Source: a virus
Direction: 5' to 3' (one strand)
IMG/VR virus record: IMGVR_UViG_3300045988_066445
Coordinates: 1-64,000 of that record
DNA: 64,000 nucleotides
The notes beneath the pieces are model-generated. The model worked only from the letters and a program-made list of their open reading frames with translations. It ran no database searches and was not told the origin of the DNA. Position numbers and translations under genes: made by a program. Below are positions 15,044 through 24,766 of the stretch, one piece after another. How positions within the stretch are numbered: the first letter of the stretch is position 1; every line of letters starts with the position of its first letter.

Positions 15044-15495
15044 TGAAAACATTAAACGAGATTTTAGACAATTACAAGGATTATGAGATATTCCTTGATG
15101 ATCGCTTTGGCGTCAGATTGTCCCAGTTCTTAACTAAGGAACAATTAGAAAAGATAGGTTTCAAATGGGACAGTGAAGAACCTTATCCGGAGCCTAAAGA
15201 ATGGACTAGAGAAAATATCCTAGCTCAACTTAGAAAAGATGTAGAATTTGGATTTGAAAAAGCTCTAGACCAAAGAGGAATATCAGCTAGCTTGATGTTC
15301 TATGTGGTTTTACGCTGGAACCAAGTTCTAGAAGAAGGACTAGAAGACTATTCCGAGGATAATTATCCTATGTATGGGCTTCCTCTATTTAAAGCTACCG
15401 CCGAAAAGTATGGTTGGGAAAATCCTATCGGAGACGATAATGGCGACGAAAGTCATTACAATGAAGAATATGATGAAGGATTGTGCCATAGTTAA
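15044..15495 (+). CDS. hypothetical acidic protein
   Basis: Met at 15044 immediately after the upstream stop (MKTLNEILDNYK...). Confidence 0.4.
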
Positions 15496-15661
15496 TGTCA
15501 TTGTAGATGCTTTAGAGGAATATGAAAATAATCTTAATCATAAGATAAGTATTCTAGAAAGTCGGCTTCATTTTATGGAAAAAGAAAGAGAAGCTATCAT
15601 AAGGCATCTAGAGGAAGGAAATATTGATTTACTAAAAGAGTACTTTAAAATTGGAAAATGA
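15461..15661 (+). CDS. hypothetical small protein
   Basis: In-frame Met within track ORF 15374..15661. Small overlap with the upstream gene. Confidence 0.3.
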   Translation: MKNMMKDCAIVNVIVDALEEYENNLNHKISILESRLHFMEKEREAIIRHLEEGNIDLLKEYFKIGK

Positions 15662-15948
15662 AGGAGTTCTATTTAATTAAGTTCCGGAATGGCATCCCGT
15701 TTATTCTAGGTCAGTATGATACTGAAGAAGAAGCTGTTGAAGCGAAGTATCGTGAAGGCGTGGATTCTAAACTAATGATAGCTGTTGATCTGGATAAACT
15801 AAAAAGTATAGAAGCTGACAGAGACTATTACCAAAATATGTGTAATGAGATTTCTAAGAAAGTCAGTATGATAGTATCCTTGTATAAGACCGTCTCCACT
15901 ATAGAATCTGTAATTAAGAATTATGGTTATCACCACCTCATACGATAA
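15658..15948 (+). CDS. hypothetical protein
   Basis: 96-aa ORF with ATGA overlap. Confidence 0.35.
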   Translation: MKEFYLIKFRNGIPFILGQYDTEEEAVEAKYREGVDSKLMIAVDLDKLKSIEADRDYYQNMCNEISKKVSMIVSLYKTVSTIESVIKNYGYHHLIR

Positions 15949-16225
15949 GGATATACTAGGGCATGAGGTAAGAGGTACTAATACTTCTTACTATGGTATC
16001 TCCGCACTACAAGCTGTTATTAATCACGATGAGATTCGTGCTGACATAGCTAAATATTTATATAAAGACTGCACAACGCACGAGGGACATGAAGGAATAA
16101 TTATAGGATTTGAGGACAACAATCAGTTCTTTGATTATTACTACATTGTTTACATTCCTGAACTCAACAAGGTTGAATATCAGCTGTGCAATGATGCAGA
16201 ATTTACAAAATCTATCAAGATATGA
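15923..16225 (+). CDS. hypothetical protein
   Basis: 100-aa ORF. Confidence 0.35.
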   Translation: MVITTSYDKDILGHEVRGTNTSYYGISALQAVINHDEIRADIAKYLYKDCTTHEGHEGIIIGFEDNNQFFDYYYIVYIPELNKVEYQLCNDAEFTKSIKI

Positions 16226-16716
16226 AAAAGAAAGTTTTATTCATCTTACTAATCAGTATAGTATTTGGTTTTGCAACGGGATACTCGTTGCATCACCTTA
16301 TCCACTTTAATGAGAAGCAAGATGAAATGGTAATGCTGCCAGAGCATCCATTTTATTTGTTGGAAGAAGTAAATGAAGAGGTACTTTATAATACCTTAGT
16401 ACATTACGATTTTCCAAGTCCAGCTATTATAACAGCCCAGGCTGTTCTGGAATCTGGCAATTTTAAATCAAAGCTATGTAAAGATAAGAATAATCTGTTC
16501 GGACTTTATAACTCTAGAACAATGTCTTACTTTAGCTTTGATAGTTGGATAAGCTGTGTATTTGCTTATAAGAAGTTCATCCTCAACAAGTATAATCCAG
16601 AAGAGAATTATTATGTATTCTTGGATAGGATAGGGTACGCGGAGGATTCTCTTTATGAGAGTAAGGTTAAGAAATTAGAACTTGAAATTTCCAATAAGTA
16701 TGGAAACTCAGAATAG
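16222..16716 (+). CDS. peptidoglycan hydrolase, glucosaminidase-domain (FlgJ/Mur2-like) with N-terminal TM/signal
   Basis: ITAQAVLESGNFKSKLCKDKNNLFGLYN matches the glucosaminidase signature A-Q-A-x-L-E-S-G...N-N-L-F-G. N-terminal hydrophobic segment. Confidence 0.6.
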   Translation: MKKKVLFILLISIVFGFATGYSLHHLIHFNEKQDEMVMLPEHPFYLLEEVNEEVLYNTLVHYDFPSPAIITAQAVLESGNFKSKLCKDKNNLFGLYNSRTMSYFSFDSWISCVFAYKKFILNKYNPEENYYVFLDRIGYAEDSLYESKVKKLELEISNKYGNSE

Positions 16717-16918
16717 AGAAGTTATTAAGCTTAGAAAGAAAGCTAATTTCAAAATCTTAACCAGACTCGGACAAATTATTGACCAGTATCCTTACCTAAG
16801 GTTTCAGCAGATTCTTGCTATTTACAAGATTAGTGAACCTTATGAGGATAAGTTTTATGAAGAAAGTGTAGAAACATTACAAAAACTGGAACATGAATTG
16901 GAAAACAGAGGGAGTTAG
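16682..16918 (+). CDS. hypothetical protein
   Basis: 78-aa ORF downstream of the PG hydrolase. Confidence 0.3.
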   Translation: MKFPISMETQNREVIKLRKKANFKILTRLGQIIDQYPYLRFQQILAIYKISEPYEDKFYEESVETLQKLEHELENRGS

Positions 16919-16937
16919 ACTAGGAGCAGTAGCTGCT

Positions 16938-17048
16938 ATGGCGGTAGTTTTATTTGGGATTAAAGAGATACTCGGTTTTGAAACTGCTGCCCTAAGTGGA
17001 ATAGGCATAATTTTAGTTAATCAAATATTTAATAAAGATCAAAAATGA
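16938..17048 (+). CDS. small hydrophobic membrane protein (36 aa; holin- or spanin-like candidate)
   Basis: MAVVLFGIKEILGFETAALSGIGIILVNQIF... ATGA overlap with the downstream gene. Lies next to the PG hydrolase. Confidence 0.3.
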   Translation: MAVVLFGIKEILGFETAALSGIGIILVNQIFNKDQK

Positions 17049-19051
17049 ATTTTCAAGATTTTAAGAAAGATGTAGAGGCTGCTTTCAAAAATATGATTGC
17101 AGACACTCTTTTCGTAGCTAATGTAGACAAGGATCTGCTGTGGACTGGATACTTGCTATCGTTTGAGGATGACGATATTAGGCAAGATCATAACTGTAAT
17201 GCTTGCAAGTCATTTATTAGGCACTACGGTAAGGTAGTAGCTATTGATCCCAGAATCTTCGAAATTAAGACGTTTTGGGATGACGTTCATACTCCTGGGT
17301 ATGAGAAAACTGCTAAGGAATTAGCTAAACTGGTTAAGGAAGCTGGAATAGCTGACATCTTTATACAGGATGTAAACGAGTTCCATGGATGTGACCATAA
17401 TATTCAACTTCTTCCAGATGGAACTACTAGAACTTGGACACATCTGTTTGTTCAAATTCCTAACCAATTCAAATTCAATAAGAGAGTTCACAATTTTGAT
17501 ACCGCTCCTGGATATCGCGGCGATGTTCGTGCGAGAAAGGAAGTTCTTCAACGTTCAATCTCGGAATTAACTGATGATTCAGTTAATACTGTAATAGAAC
17601 TAATTGAAGATAATTCTCTCTACCGTGGACAAGAGTTCTTGAAGGGGCTGCAGGAATTTAGGAGAATAAAGGAGTCTGCCCCTAGGAAGAATCTTTCAAA
17701 TTTCTGTTGGATGAATTTCAGATCTCCTATAGCTAAGATTAGAAATACGGCTATGGGAACATTGCTTATTGACCTAAGTAATGGAGTAGAACTGGAAAGG
17801 GCTGTAAGAGCATATGAGAATATCATGGCTCCTGCTAACTACAAGAGACCTACTGCTCTTATTACCAAGAAGCAAATAGAAGCCGCCCAAAAGAAAGTTG
17901 AGGAACTTGGACTAACTGATGCTCTTCCTAGACGTCATGCACATGTAGAAGATATTTCTGTAAACGATGTATTATTCGTAAATAGAGATACTCGTGCTAG
18001 AATGAAGGGTGGAATGTTTGACTCTCTTACGGAGACTGCTATGGTAAACCCGAAGGAATTTACTAAAGCTACTGAAGTATCCGCTCAGAAGTTTGTAACT
18101 GATATATTGCCAGGAGCAAAGGACGTCTCTATCTTGGTAGAGAATAGGCACATTCCTAACTTTGTTACTTTAACTGCTCCTGAGAATCCAGACGCTAATC
18201 AGTTGTTTAAGTGGAACAATAACTTTGCTTGGGTTTACAACGGTTCTGTAGCTGATTCATTCAAAGAAAAGGTTAAAGCAGCAGGAGGTAATGTTAATGG
18301 ATTCCTAAGATGTTCTCTACACTGGTTTAACTACGACGATTTGGATCTTCATGTAACTGAGCCTGGTGGTAGTGAAATTTATTTTGGACATAAGAACGGG
18401 TACAGTGGTGGCGTTCTAGACGTAGACATGAATGCTGGAAGTGGTAAAACTAGAGATGCTGTTGAGAATATTATCTGGACAGACCCATCTAGAATAAGAA
18501 CTGGGAGCTATAGGGTACGTGTTCATAACTTCGCTAGAAGAGAAAGTATAGACGTAGGCTTCGAGATGGAAATTGAAATCAACGGAGAGATCCATAAGTT
18601 TAATTATAGCAAGATGATTCCGCACGGTGACTACGTTGATGTTGCTCGTATTGAAGTAGACAGACAAGGCAACATTAGCCTAACTCCTTCTATTCCAGAA
18701 GGGACTACATCTTTCAAATCGGTAAACGAGTGGGGAATAGATACTATGAAATTCCAAAAGGTTTCTTGTATAATGTTCTCTCCTAACCACTGGGAAGGAA
18801 ACTCTGTAGGTAATAAGCACCTATTCTTTATGGTTGATGGATGTAAGAATCCTGAGCCGGTTCGAGGGTTCTTTAATGAGTACTTGAGAGCTGACCTTGA
18901 GAAAGACCATAAGAGAGTATTTGAAGCTCTGGGAGCTAGGGCTAAAACTGAATATAGTGACGAGCAGTTAAGTGGACTTGGGTTCTCTTCAACATCTCGT
19001 AACGACGTTATTGTAAAAGTAGATAATAAATCATTTAAAATCATTTTCTAA
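17045..19051 (+). CDS. large hypothetical protein (668 aa)
   Basis: Long ORF. N-terminal HNCNACKSF Cys/His cluster. C-terminal region LHWFNYDDLDLHVTEPGGSEIYFGHK...LDVDMNAGSG. No family recognised. Confidence 0.5.
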   Translation: MNFQDFKKDVEAAFKNMIADTLFVANVDKDLLWTGYLLSFEDDDIRQDHNCNACKSFIRHYGKVVAIDPRIFEIKTFWDDVHTPGYEKTAKELAKLVKEAGIADIFIQDVNEFHGCDHNIQLLPDGTTRTWTHLFVQIPNQFKFNKRVHNFDTAPGYRGDVRARKEVLQRSISELTDDSVNTVIELIEDNSLYRGQEFLKGLQEFRRIKESAPRKNLSNFCWMNFRSPIAKIRNTAMGTLLIDLSNGVELERAVRAYENIMAPANYKRPTALITKKQIEAAQKKVEELGLTDALPRRHAHVEDISVNDVLFVNRDTRARMKGGMFDSLTETAMVNPKEFTKATEVSAQKFVTDILPGAKDVSILVENRHIPNFVTLTAPENPDANQLFKWNNNFAWVYNGSVADSFKEKVKAAGGNVNGFLRCSLHWFNYDDLDLHVTEPGGSEIYFGHKNGYSGGVLDVDMNAGSGKTRDAVENIIWTDPSRIRTGSYRVRVHNFARRESIDVGFEMEIEINGEIHKFNYSKMIPHGDYVDVARIEVDRQGNISLTPSIPEGTTSFKSVNEWGIDTMKFQKVSCIMFSPNHWEGNSVGNKHLFFMVDGCKNPEPVRGFFNEYLRADLEKDHKRVFEALGARAKTEYSDEQLSGLGFSSTSRNDVIVKVDNKSFKIIF

Positions 19052-19053
19052 CT

Positions 19054-19428
19054 ATGTTTAAACAAGCATCAAGAATGAAGTTGCGCTTTGCAACTAGTAA
19101 AGGTAATCTGAGTGTTGAAGATTTGTGGGACTTGAGCCTGCCAGTGTTGGATAAATTAGCTGTCTCCTATGACGAAGAACTAGCTAAGAGTCCTAGAAAA
19201 TCTTTTATTAGTAATGATTCACCTAAGAATGATGAACTTGAATTAAAGTTCAACATTGTGAAAGACATCATTACTGACAAGTTGAAAGAAAAGGCAGACA
19301 GAGACCAGGCCAAGCAAAAGGCTGCTGAGAAGGCTAAATTGCTGGATCTGTTAGATAAGAAGCAATCTGAGAAGTTGGAGAACTTGTCAGAGGAGGAACT
19401 GAGACAGCGCCTCGCTGAATTGGGATGA
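19054..19428 (+). CDS. hypothetical charged coiled-coil protein
   Basis: 124-aa ORF, Lys/Glu-rich. Confidence 0.4.
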   Translation: MFKQASRMKLRFATSKGNLSVEDLWDLSLPVLDKLAVSYDEELAKSPRKSFISNDSPKNDELELKFNIVKDIITDKLKEKADRDQAKQKAAEKAKLLDLLDKKQSEKLENLSEEELRQRLAELG

Positions 19429-19724
19429 AACGGATTCTTATTGTAATTATGTTTGGGCTGTTCTGTGTAGGAGCAGTCCAAGCTCAAACCCAATGGTTTA
19501 AGGCTACCGAGTTTGCTGTAAGAGTAGTTGATAATGGGCGTTGGACAAAATGGTCTGATTGGGAATCAGTTGATATAAATATAAAATTTGACCTATCCAA
19601 TGACCTAATTATAATTTACAGCCAAGAAACTCAAATATACAAAGTTTTAGAGCAAGTCAAGTCTCCCTATGATTCTAATGGAACTCAGGTGAAGCACAGA
19701 TATTGGAACCACTCTTTTTTTTGA
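19425..19724 (+). CDS. secreted protein (signal peptide ...GAVQAQT)
   Basis: N-terminal signal MKRILIVIMFGLFCVGAVQA. Confidence 0.45.
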   Translation: MKRILIVIMFGLFCVGAVQAQTQWFKATEFAVRVVDNGRWTKWSDWESVDINIKFDLSNDLIIIYSQETQIYKVLEQVKSPYDSNGTQVKHRYWNHSFF

Positions 19725-19751
19725 TAGATAAGTTATTAATTTTAAAAACTA

Positions 19752-19919
19752 ATGGAAATGAAGAAAGTACTATTGCTTTTCGGAATGATTGCATTGATGT
19801 CTGCTTGTGCAGGAAACACTAAGACCTCAGAGAATGACTCTATTGTAGTCATTGAGGAAGTTGTGGACACATTAAGTGTAGATACTGTAGGCGTTGATAG
19901 CCTCGTAATCAATCAGTAA
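19752..19919 (+). CDS. small lipoprotein (55 aa; LMSACAGN lipobox)
   Basis: MEMKKVLLLFGMIALMSACAGNTK... Confidence 0.35.
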   Translation: MEMKKVLLLFGMIALMSACAGNTKTSENDSIVVIEEVVDTLSVDTVGVDSLVINQ

Positions 19920-19920
19920 T

Positions 19921-20238
19921 ATGGATTTCATCGCAACCAGAGTCAATGAACTCTTAAGTAGGATTTCGCCTATTAAGCGATGGCTTATTTCTGATGTTGC
20001 GAATGAATATTATCGTAAAGGTTATGAAGATGGTCAGAAGTTAGTCTACAGAAATGTTTTAAAGGGAAACGCTTTGAAAGACTTCATAGATGTCTTAAGT
20101 CATTGCGGAATTAAACTAAGTTATAATTTGCGGAAGGGAGGGTTAATTGTCAGTGTAAAACCTGACAGACTCTCAAATCTGCAACGTCTTATTGAATGTT
20201 ACAAAAATGAAAGTGAAGAGAACAAACAACTACAGTGA
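19921..20238 (+). CDS. hypothetical protein
   Basis: 105-aa ORF. Confidence 0.4.
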   Translation: MDFIATRVNELLSRISPIKRWLISDVANEYYRKGYEDGQKLVYRNVLKGNALKDFIDVLSHCGIKLSYNLRKGGLIVSVKPDRLSNLQRLIECYKNESEENKQLQ

Positions 20239-20581
20239 CTCCCCTCCTCTAAATGTTCAGTACGAGAACATAATGAGGAACTTTGATTTCGACAGAGTTC
20301 GCGAATTTATGAATTGGGAAAAGAGCAAAAGAAGCTATGACGATGAGGGGAATTGTATAGATAAGTCCTCCTGGAAAATGTTTGTAGCACCTAGTATATA
20401 TAAAATACCTGACATAAGTGAACTTAGAGACTGTGCTAGCAGGTTACTTAAGGGTGTTATGAAGGTTAAGGAAACTAGCAAAGCTCCTGTGATTTTTATG
20501 GCTACTGGACCATTTAAGGCTATATACAGATACGGTATACTAGAGTTAGATTGCATTATAGGATCTTGGAGCGATGATTGA
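20192..20581 (+). CDS. hypothetical protein
   Basis: 129-aa ORF. Confidence 0.4.
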   Translation: MNVTKMKVKRTNNYSDSPPLNVQYENIMRNFDFDRVREFMNWEKSKRSYDDEGNCIDKSSWKMFVAPSIYKIPDISELRDCASRLLKGVMKVKETSKAPVIFMATGPFKAIYRYGILELDCIIGSWSDD

Positions 20582-20978
20582 GTTTAACGAAGTATTTTGC
20601 CTAGACTTAAGAGACGATTTTGAGGAAATGGGCAGACACGAGAGAAACTTTGAGTTAGACGAGTTTATTCAAAGAGATTTGAGTAGAGCTTTTGCTTTTG
20701 GATATTGTCATTTAGATTGGATAGGGGAGAAAATGTGGTTTCCAGTTCCTATTAGGAAAGCTCTTAGACACTTATCCGATGGGTTAGAGGATTTCAATCC
20801 TCAAATCAAATGGTTAAATGACAAATACGGAGCTATAGGTAAGAGAGTTAAGATTAAGGATTACGCGAACTATATTCTAGAAAATATAATTTGTGATAAT
20901 TATGATGATTTGATAAAGATTGCAATATTACTAGGAACTAACATGAGAGTAAATTCTCGTGATGGAGAAATCCAATAA
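20574..20978 (+). CDS. hypothetical protein
   Basis: 134-aa ORF. Confidence 0.4.
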   Translation: MIEFNEVFCLDLRDDFEEMGRHERNFELDEFIQRDLSRAFAFGYCHLDWIGEKMWFPVPIRKALRHLSDGLEDFNPQIKWLNDKYGAIGKRVKIKDYANYILENIICDNYDDLIKIAILLGTNMRVNSRDGEIQ

Positions 20979-21417
20979 GGTTCTAGAAGTCTTCACTGAT
21001 GGAGCTTTTAGTTCGTCTAGAAACACTGGAGGGGTAGGAGTCGTATTTGTAATTGATGGAGAAAAAGTCTATGAATTTAGCAAAATGATTCCTAATACTA
21101 CTAATAACAAATGTGAGTTGTTAGCAGTAATATATGCCCTTAATGCAGTAAGCAGTCAACTTAAATCTCTTACTATCTATTCAGATTCTCAGTATGTTAT
21201 AGGATGTGCTACTAAAGGATGGAAGAGGAAAAAGAATGTGGAACTATGGAATTTGTATGACAAGGTTTTAGAAAAGGCAGAAAAATTCTGCCCTAGTATA
21301 AACTTTTGTTGGGTAAAAGGACATACCTCCAATTCTGATTTCTTTTCTCAGATGAATAATCTCGCAGATAAATTAGCAGTTGAAGCAAGTCAAGAATATG
21401 AAACTAAGAAAGAGTAA
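20959..21417 (+). CDS. rnhA: ribonuclease H (RNase HI-like)
   Basis: VFTDGAFSS...GGVGVV, NNKCELLAVIYAL, DSQYVI and C-terminal D motifs follow the RNase H DEDD arrangement. Confidence 0.7.
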   Translation: MMEKSNKVLEVFTDGAFSSSRNTGGVGVVFVIDGEKVYEFSKMIPNTTNNKCELLAVIYALNAVSSQLKSLTIYSDSQYVIGCATKGWKRKKNVELWNLYDKVLEKAEKFCPSINFCWVKGHTSNSDFFSQMNNLADKLAVEASQEYETKKE

Positions 21418-21814
21418 GAACAAGAAGCTCATTAAAGAGGCTATGAAGTTCTATCCGTTTGATTATGGTTTCGTGCTCTCACTAGAGAAGCAAGCCTTAA
21501 TCAGAATGTATGAATACTTCAAAGTATCTAGAATTGCTGAAGGTAATGAATTTGTTGAAAGGGATCTAAAACTAGCACTAGGACTCTTGGACATTGTGTT
21601 AGAGATAGATTCTGCCTATCACTGTGATTTCAGACCGAGGTCTAAAGGATTTGTAGATAGGCACATAAACATTAAGAATTGGAAACGATTCCGTCCTAAA
21701 GCTGCTGATCTCGATTGGAGCGAACCTATTCTCCAAGACTCTTTGAGAAGAGAAAAAGCCTGGTACTTGTACAACAAACTTAAGTTTGAACGTATGAGAA
21801 CTTGGTGGGATTAA
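21380..21814 (+). CDS. hypothetical protein
   Basis: 144-aa ORF. True start may be an internal Met (MKFYPFDY). Confidence 0.35.
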   Translation: MKQVKNMKLRKSKNKKLIKEAMKFYPFDYGFVLSLEKQALIRMYEYFKVSRIAEGNEFVERDLKLALGLLDIVLEIDSAYHCDFRPRSKGFVDRHINIKNWKRFRPKAADLDWSEPILQDSLRREKAWYLYNKLKFERMRTWWD

Positions 21815-21832
21815 ATTTTAATTAATGTAATT

Positions 21833-22849
21833 ATGAAGAAAATTTTTAGTATTATTTGTTTGTGTTTAATGTGTGCGTTTGCAAGTGCGCAAGTTGTAGA
21901 AACCGGAAGTTTGAAAGACAATTGGTATATTTCCGGCAATGTTGGAACTACAGTTTGGGACAATCAGAGAAGTTGGGCTGAACCTAATGATATTCTGGTG
22001 AATATTGCTGTAGGTAAAGAAATTACACCTATCTTTGGCCTAGAATTAGACATGGTAGCTGGTATGAATCAGGGAAATAAGACATTCTTTGATTCACACA
22101 ACCTTACGGCTAATGTTACTACCAATCTTAGTAATTTGGTATGTGGCTATGAAGGCAATAGACGTCTGTTTGAACCAGTATTGATTATAGGAGCAGGTTG
22201 GTATCATACCTATGGGTACGTCTATAACAATGTATCTGCGCGTGGTGCAGTAAGATGTAATTTCAACATTACTGATACGTGGGCGTTAAATATAACCCCA
22301 GAATATATGCTACTTCCTAAAACTACTCCATTAAACCAAGAAGTCAATGTTTATGTAGGAGCTACTTACAGATTTAAGTCGAGCAAAGGGAATTTCCCAG
22401 TTATGAAACTTTATAATGATTCGGAAATAGAAAGCTTAAATGCGTCTATTAATGAATTGAGAGAGAAGAATAATGAACTTATGGCTCGCAAACCTGTTGA
22501 GGTAGTTAAGGTAGATACCATAGAAATTACTAAGGTAGAATTACTTACTCCTAAAATCCAATTCTTACAAAACTCCTCTGAAATATCCGCTACTTCTAAT
22601 GTTGCTGTGTCTGAATTAGCAGCTTACATAGCAAATAGTGGTAAGTCATATGTTATAGAGGGATATGCTTCTGAAGAGGGACCTATCGACTTCAACAACA
22701 AATTAGCTAATGCTAGAGCGGAATCTATGAAGAAGGCTCTGGTTAACTATGGTGCTCCAGAGGACAAACTTACAGTAAAGGGGTGTGGAGTTACTACTGA
22801 TTTTGGAGATAATGAATTTAACAGAATTGTAATAGTTTCTGAGCAATGA
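21833..22849 (+). CDS. OmpA-family outer-membrane protein (N-terminal beta-barrel-like domain plus C-terminal OmpA/peptidoglycan-binding domain)
   Basis: Signal peptide MKKIFSIICLCLMCAFASAQ. C-terminal YVIEGYASEEGPIDFNNKLANARAESMKKALVNYG matches the OmpA_C signature. Confidence 0.7.
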   Translation: MKKIFSIICLCLMCAFASAQVVETGSLKDNWYISGNVGTTVWDNQRSWAEPNDILVNIAVGKEITPIFGLELDMVAGMNQGNKTFFDSHNLTANVTTNLSNLVCGYEGNRRLFEPVLIIGAGWYHTYGYVYNNVSARGAVRCNFNITDTWALNITPEYMLLPKTTPLNQEVNVYVGATYRFKSSKGNFPVMKLYNDSEIESLNASINELREKNNELMARKPVEVVKVDTIEITKVELLTPKIQFLQNSSEISATSNVAVSELAAYIANSGKSYVIEGYASEEGPIDFNNKLANARAESMKKALVNYGAPEDKLTVKGCGVTTDFGDNEFNRIVIVSEQ

Positions 22850-23090
22850 AGTACAAGAAGAGAGTAGCTTGGTTGAAATCAAAGCAAGCATGGTGGGACA
22901 AGCAAGGGAAGGATTTTCAAGCTGCTACCACTAGACCAGGTTCTGTAAAAACTCGGTGATTTATGATTGCGTTTATAATTATATGCTTACTATTCATTGC
23001 ATATATCTACTATGATCCTTATGTAGATATTGCGGAGGATAGTGTACTACTGTGGTATAATAAGAAAAGCAATAGAGAATATATTATTTT

Positions 23091-23303
23091 ATGGTCGAGA
23101 AAAACCTAATTAAGGCATTTATTGCCATAGTATTAGTTTTTGTAGCCTATAATATGGGACTGTGGTTATTATCTCAGTCCCTATGGGTTGCAAACCTTGG
23201 AGGACTATTGTTATTATTTATAGCAATTCCTAGTCTAGTCTATAGGACTATTAAACATTTCAAAAAACATTTTAAAAATAAAAAAGATGAAGACAATAAT
23301 TAA
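23091..23303 (+). CDS. small two-TM membrane protein
   Basis: Two hydrophobic helices. Overlaps the downstream SPFH gene start. Confidence 0.4.
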   Translation: MVEKNLIKAFIAIVLVFVAYNMGLWLLSQSLWVANLGGLLLLFIAIPSLVYRTIKHFKKHFKNKKDEDNN

Positions 23304-24111
23304 GTTTCTGTGTGTATTAACTCTAGTATTTGGTTTGTCAAGTTGCGGCTACGAGCGGGTAGACGCTGGACATGAAGGAATCAAGGTAAATCTTTACGGT
23401 GATGGTAAAGGAGTAGATGACATCTCATTGGTCACGGGGGCTGTTTGGTATAATCCAATTACCACAGCTGTATATGAATACCCAACCTATGTGCTTACTG
23501 TGGACTATGAGGCTTTTTCTATTAATGCTAAGGATGGTTCGTCATTTACTGTTGACCCTACTATATCTCTTAAGATAGTTGATGGAAAGTCACCTGAGGT
23601 ATTTAAGAAATACAGAAAAGACAATATACTTGATGTCGTAAATACTACATTATATAACTATGTTAAAAACGCATTCCGTATACAACTTAATAATTATACT
23701 ACTGATGAATTAGTTAGCAAAAGAGAAGAGTTTGAGAAATCTATAGAAGATAGATTAAGCAAAGAATTACTTGCCGAAAACTTCCAACTTGAGCAGCTAA
23801 CTTCTGGTCTTCAATATCCTAAGACACTAGTAGATGCTATTGATGCTAAAAATAAAGCGGTGCAGGATGCTCTTAAGATAGAAAATGAGGTTAAATCTGT
23901 AGAAGCTAATGCTAAAAAGGCTGTAGCCCAAGCAGAGGGAGCAGCTCAGGCTCTGAAAATTAAGGGAGACGCAGAAGCTGAGTATAACAGAAAGATTGCA
24001 GCTTCCTTATCTGCATTGATTGTACAACAGAATTTTGTGGAGAAGTGGGATGGAAAACTGCCTACTTATGGTACTGTTCCTACCTTATTTAAGGATGTAG
24101 CTGGGAAATAA
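23287..24111 (+). CDS. SPFH/band-7 (prohibitin/HflKC-like) lipoprotein
   Basis: Lipoprotein signal ...LVFGLSSCGYE. SPFH core followed by an Ala/Lys/Glu-rich coiled coil. Confidence 0.65.
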   Translation: MKTIIKFLCVLTLVFGLSSCGYERVDAGHEGIKVNLYGDGKGVDDISLVTGAVWYNPITTAVYEYPTYVLTVDYEAFSINAKDGSSFTVDPTISLKIVDGKSPEVFKKYRKDNILDVVNTTLYNYVKNAFRIQLNNYTTDELVSKREEFEKSIEDRLSKELLAENFQLEQLTSGLQYPKTLVDAIDAKNKAVQDALKIENEVKSVEANAKKAVAQAEGAAQALKIKGDAEAEYNRKIAASLSALIVQQNFVEKWDGKLPTYGTVPTLFKDVAGK

Positions 24112-24113
24112 CT

Positions 24114-24461
24114 ATGATGTACTTAATAATATGCACTGTGATGATAATCGTCACGGTGCTTATCTTAAAAGATACTCATGTTACGGTTTATTGGACTGGG
24201 TATAGTAGCAACTATGCTAACATAGACGAAGAGTATGACATTAAAGTTCCAATCTGGGCAGTATTACTAATCATAGTTCTGGGATTTGTTCCTGTCTTAA
24301 ATATAGTACTATATATGGTAGGTTATATATACTATGCAATCCATGCTTTGTGGAATCCTAACAGAAATGACGGATATACTCACAAGTATACGTTAAGAGG
24401 TAGAAATGTTCTGACTAAAATTATAAAGAAGATATGGAAGATCTTAAATTTGTGTATTTAA
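24114..24461 (+). CDS. small membrane protein (2 TM)
   Basis: Hydrophobic helices. Directly downstream of the SPFH gene. Confidence 0.4.
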   Translation: MMYLIICTVMIIVTVLILKDTHVTVYWTGYSSNYANIDEEYDIKVPIWAVLLIIVLGFVPVLNIVLYMVGYIYYAIHALWNPNRNDGYTHKYTLRGRNVLTKIIKKIWKILNLCI

Positions 24462-24766
24462 TATGCGACGGCATAGGGCTTATACTTTATGCACTTCTAT
24501 ATTACTGTCTGTACTACACCTACCAGGTAAATTGGTTAACTTCTAAAGCTACAAGAATAAAAATCCCTAGATGGACTATTATTATTGTTGTAGCTAGTTT
24601 GATTATCCCTCCGCTTGGTTTAGGTGCCTCACTAGCATCGTGGGTAGTATACGCATTTGCAGTGTACAATGAAGACTATACAGTAGATGTCCCTATTCTT
24701 AACTTCCTAGGAGATTCGTTATATGATTCGGATATTAAAGCATTTAAGAAGGATACTAAGGCATAA
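24434..24766 (+). CDS. small membrane protein (2-3 TM)
   Basis: Hydrophobic. Overlaps both neighbours. Confidence 0.4.
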   Translation: MEDLKFVYLICDGIGLILYALLYYCLYYTYQVNWLTSKATRIKIPRWTIIIVVASLIIPPLGLGASLASWVVYAFAVYNEDYTVDVPILNFLGDSLYDSDIKAFKKDTKA

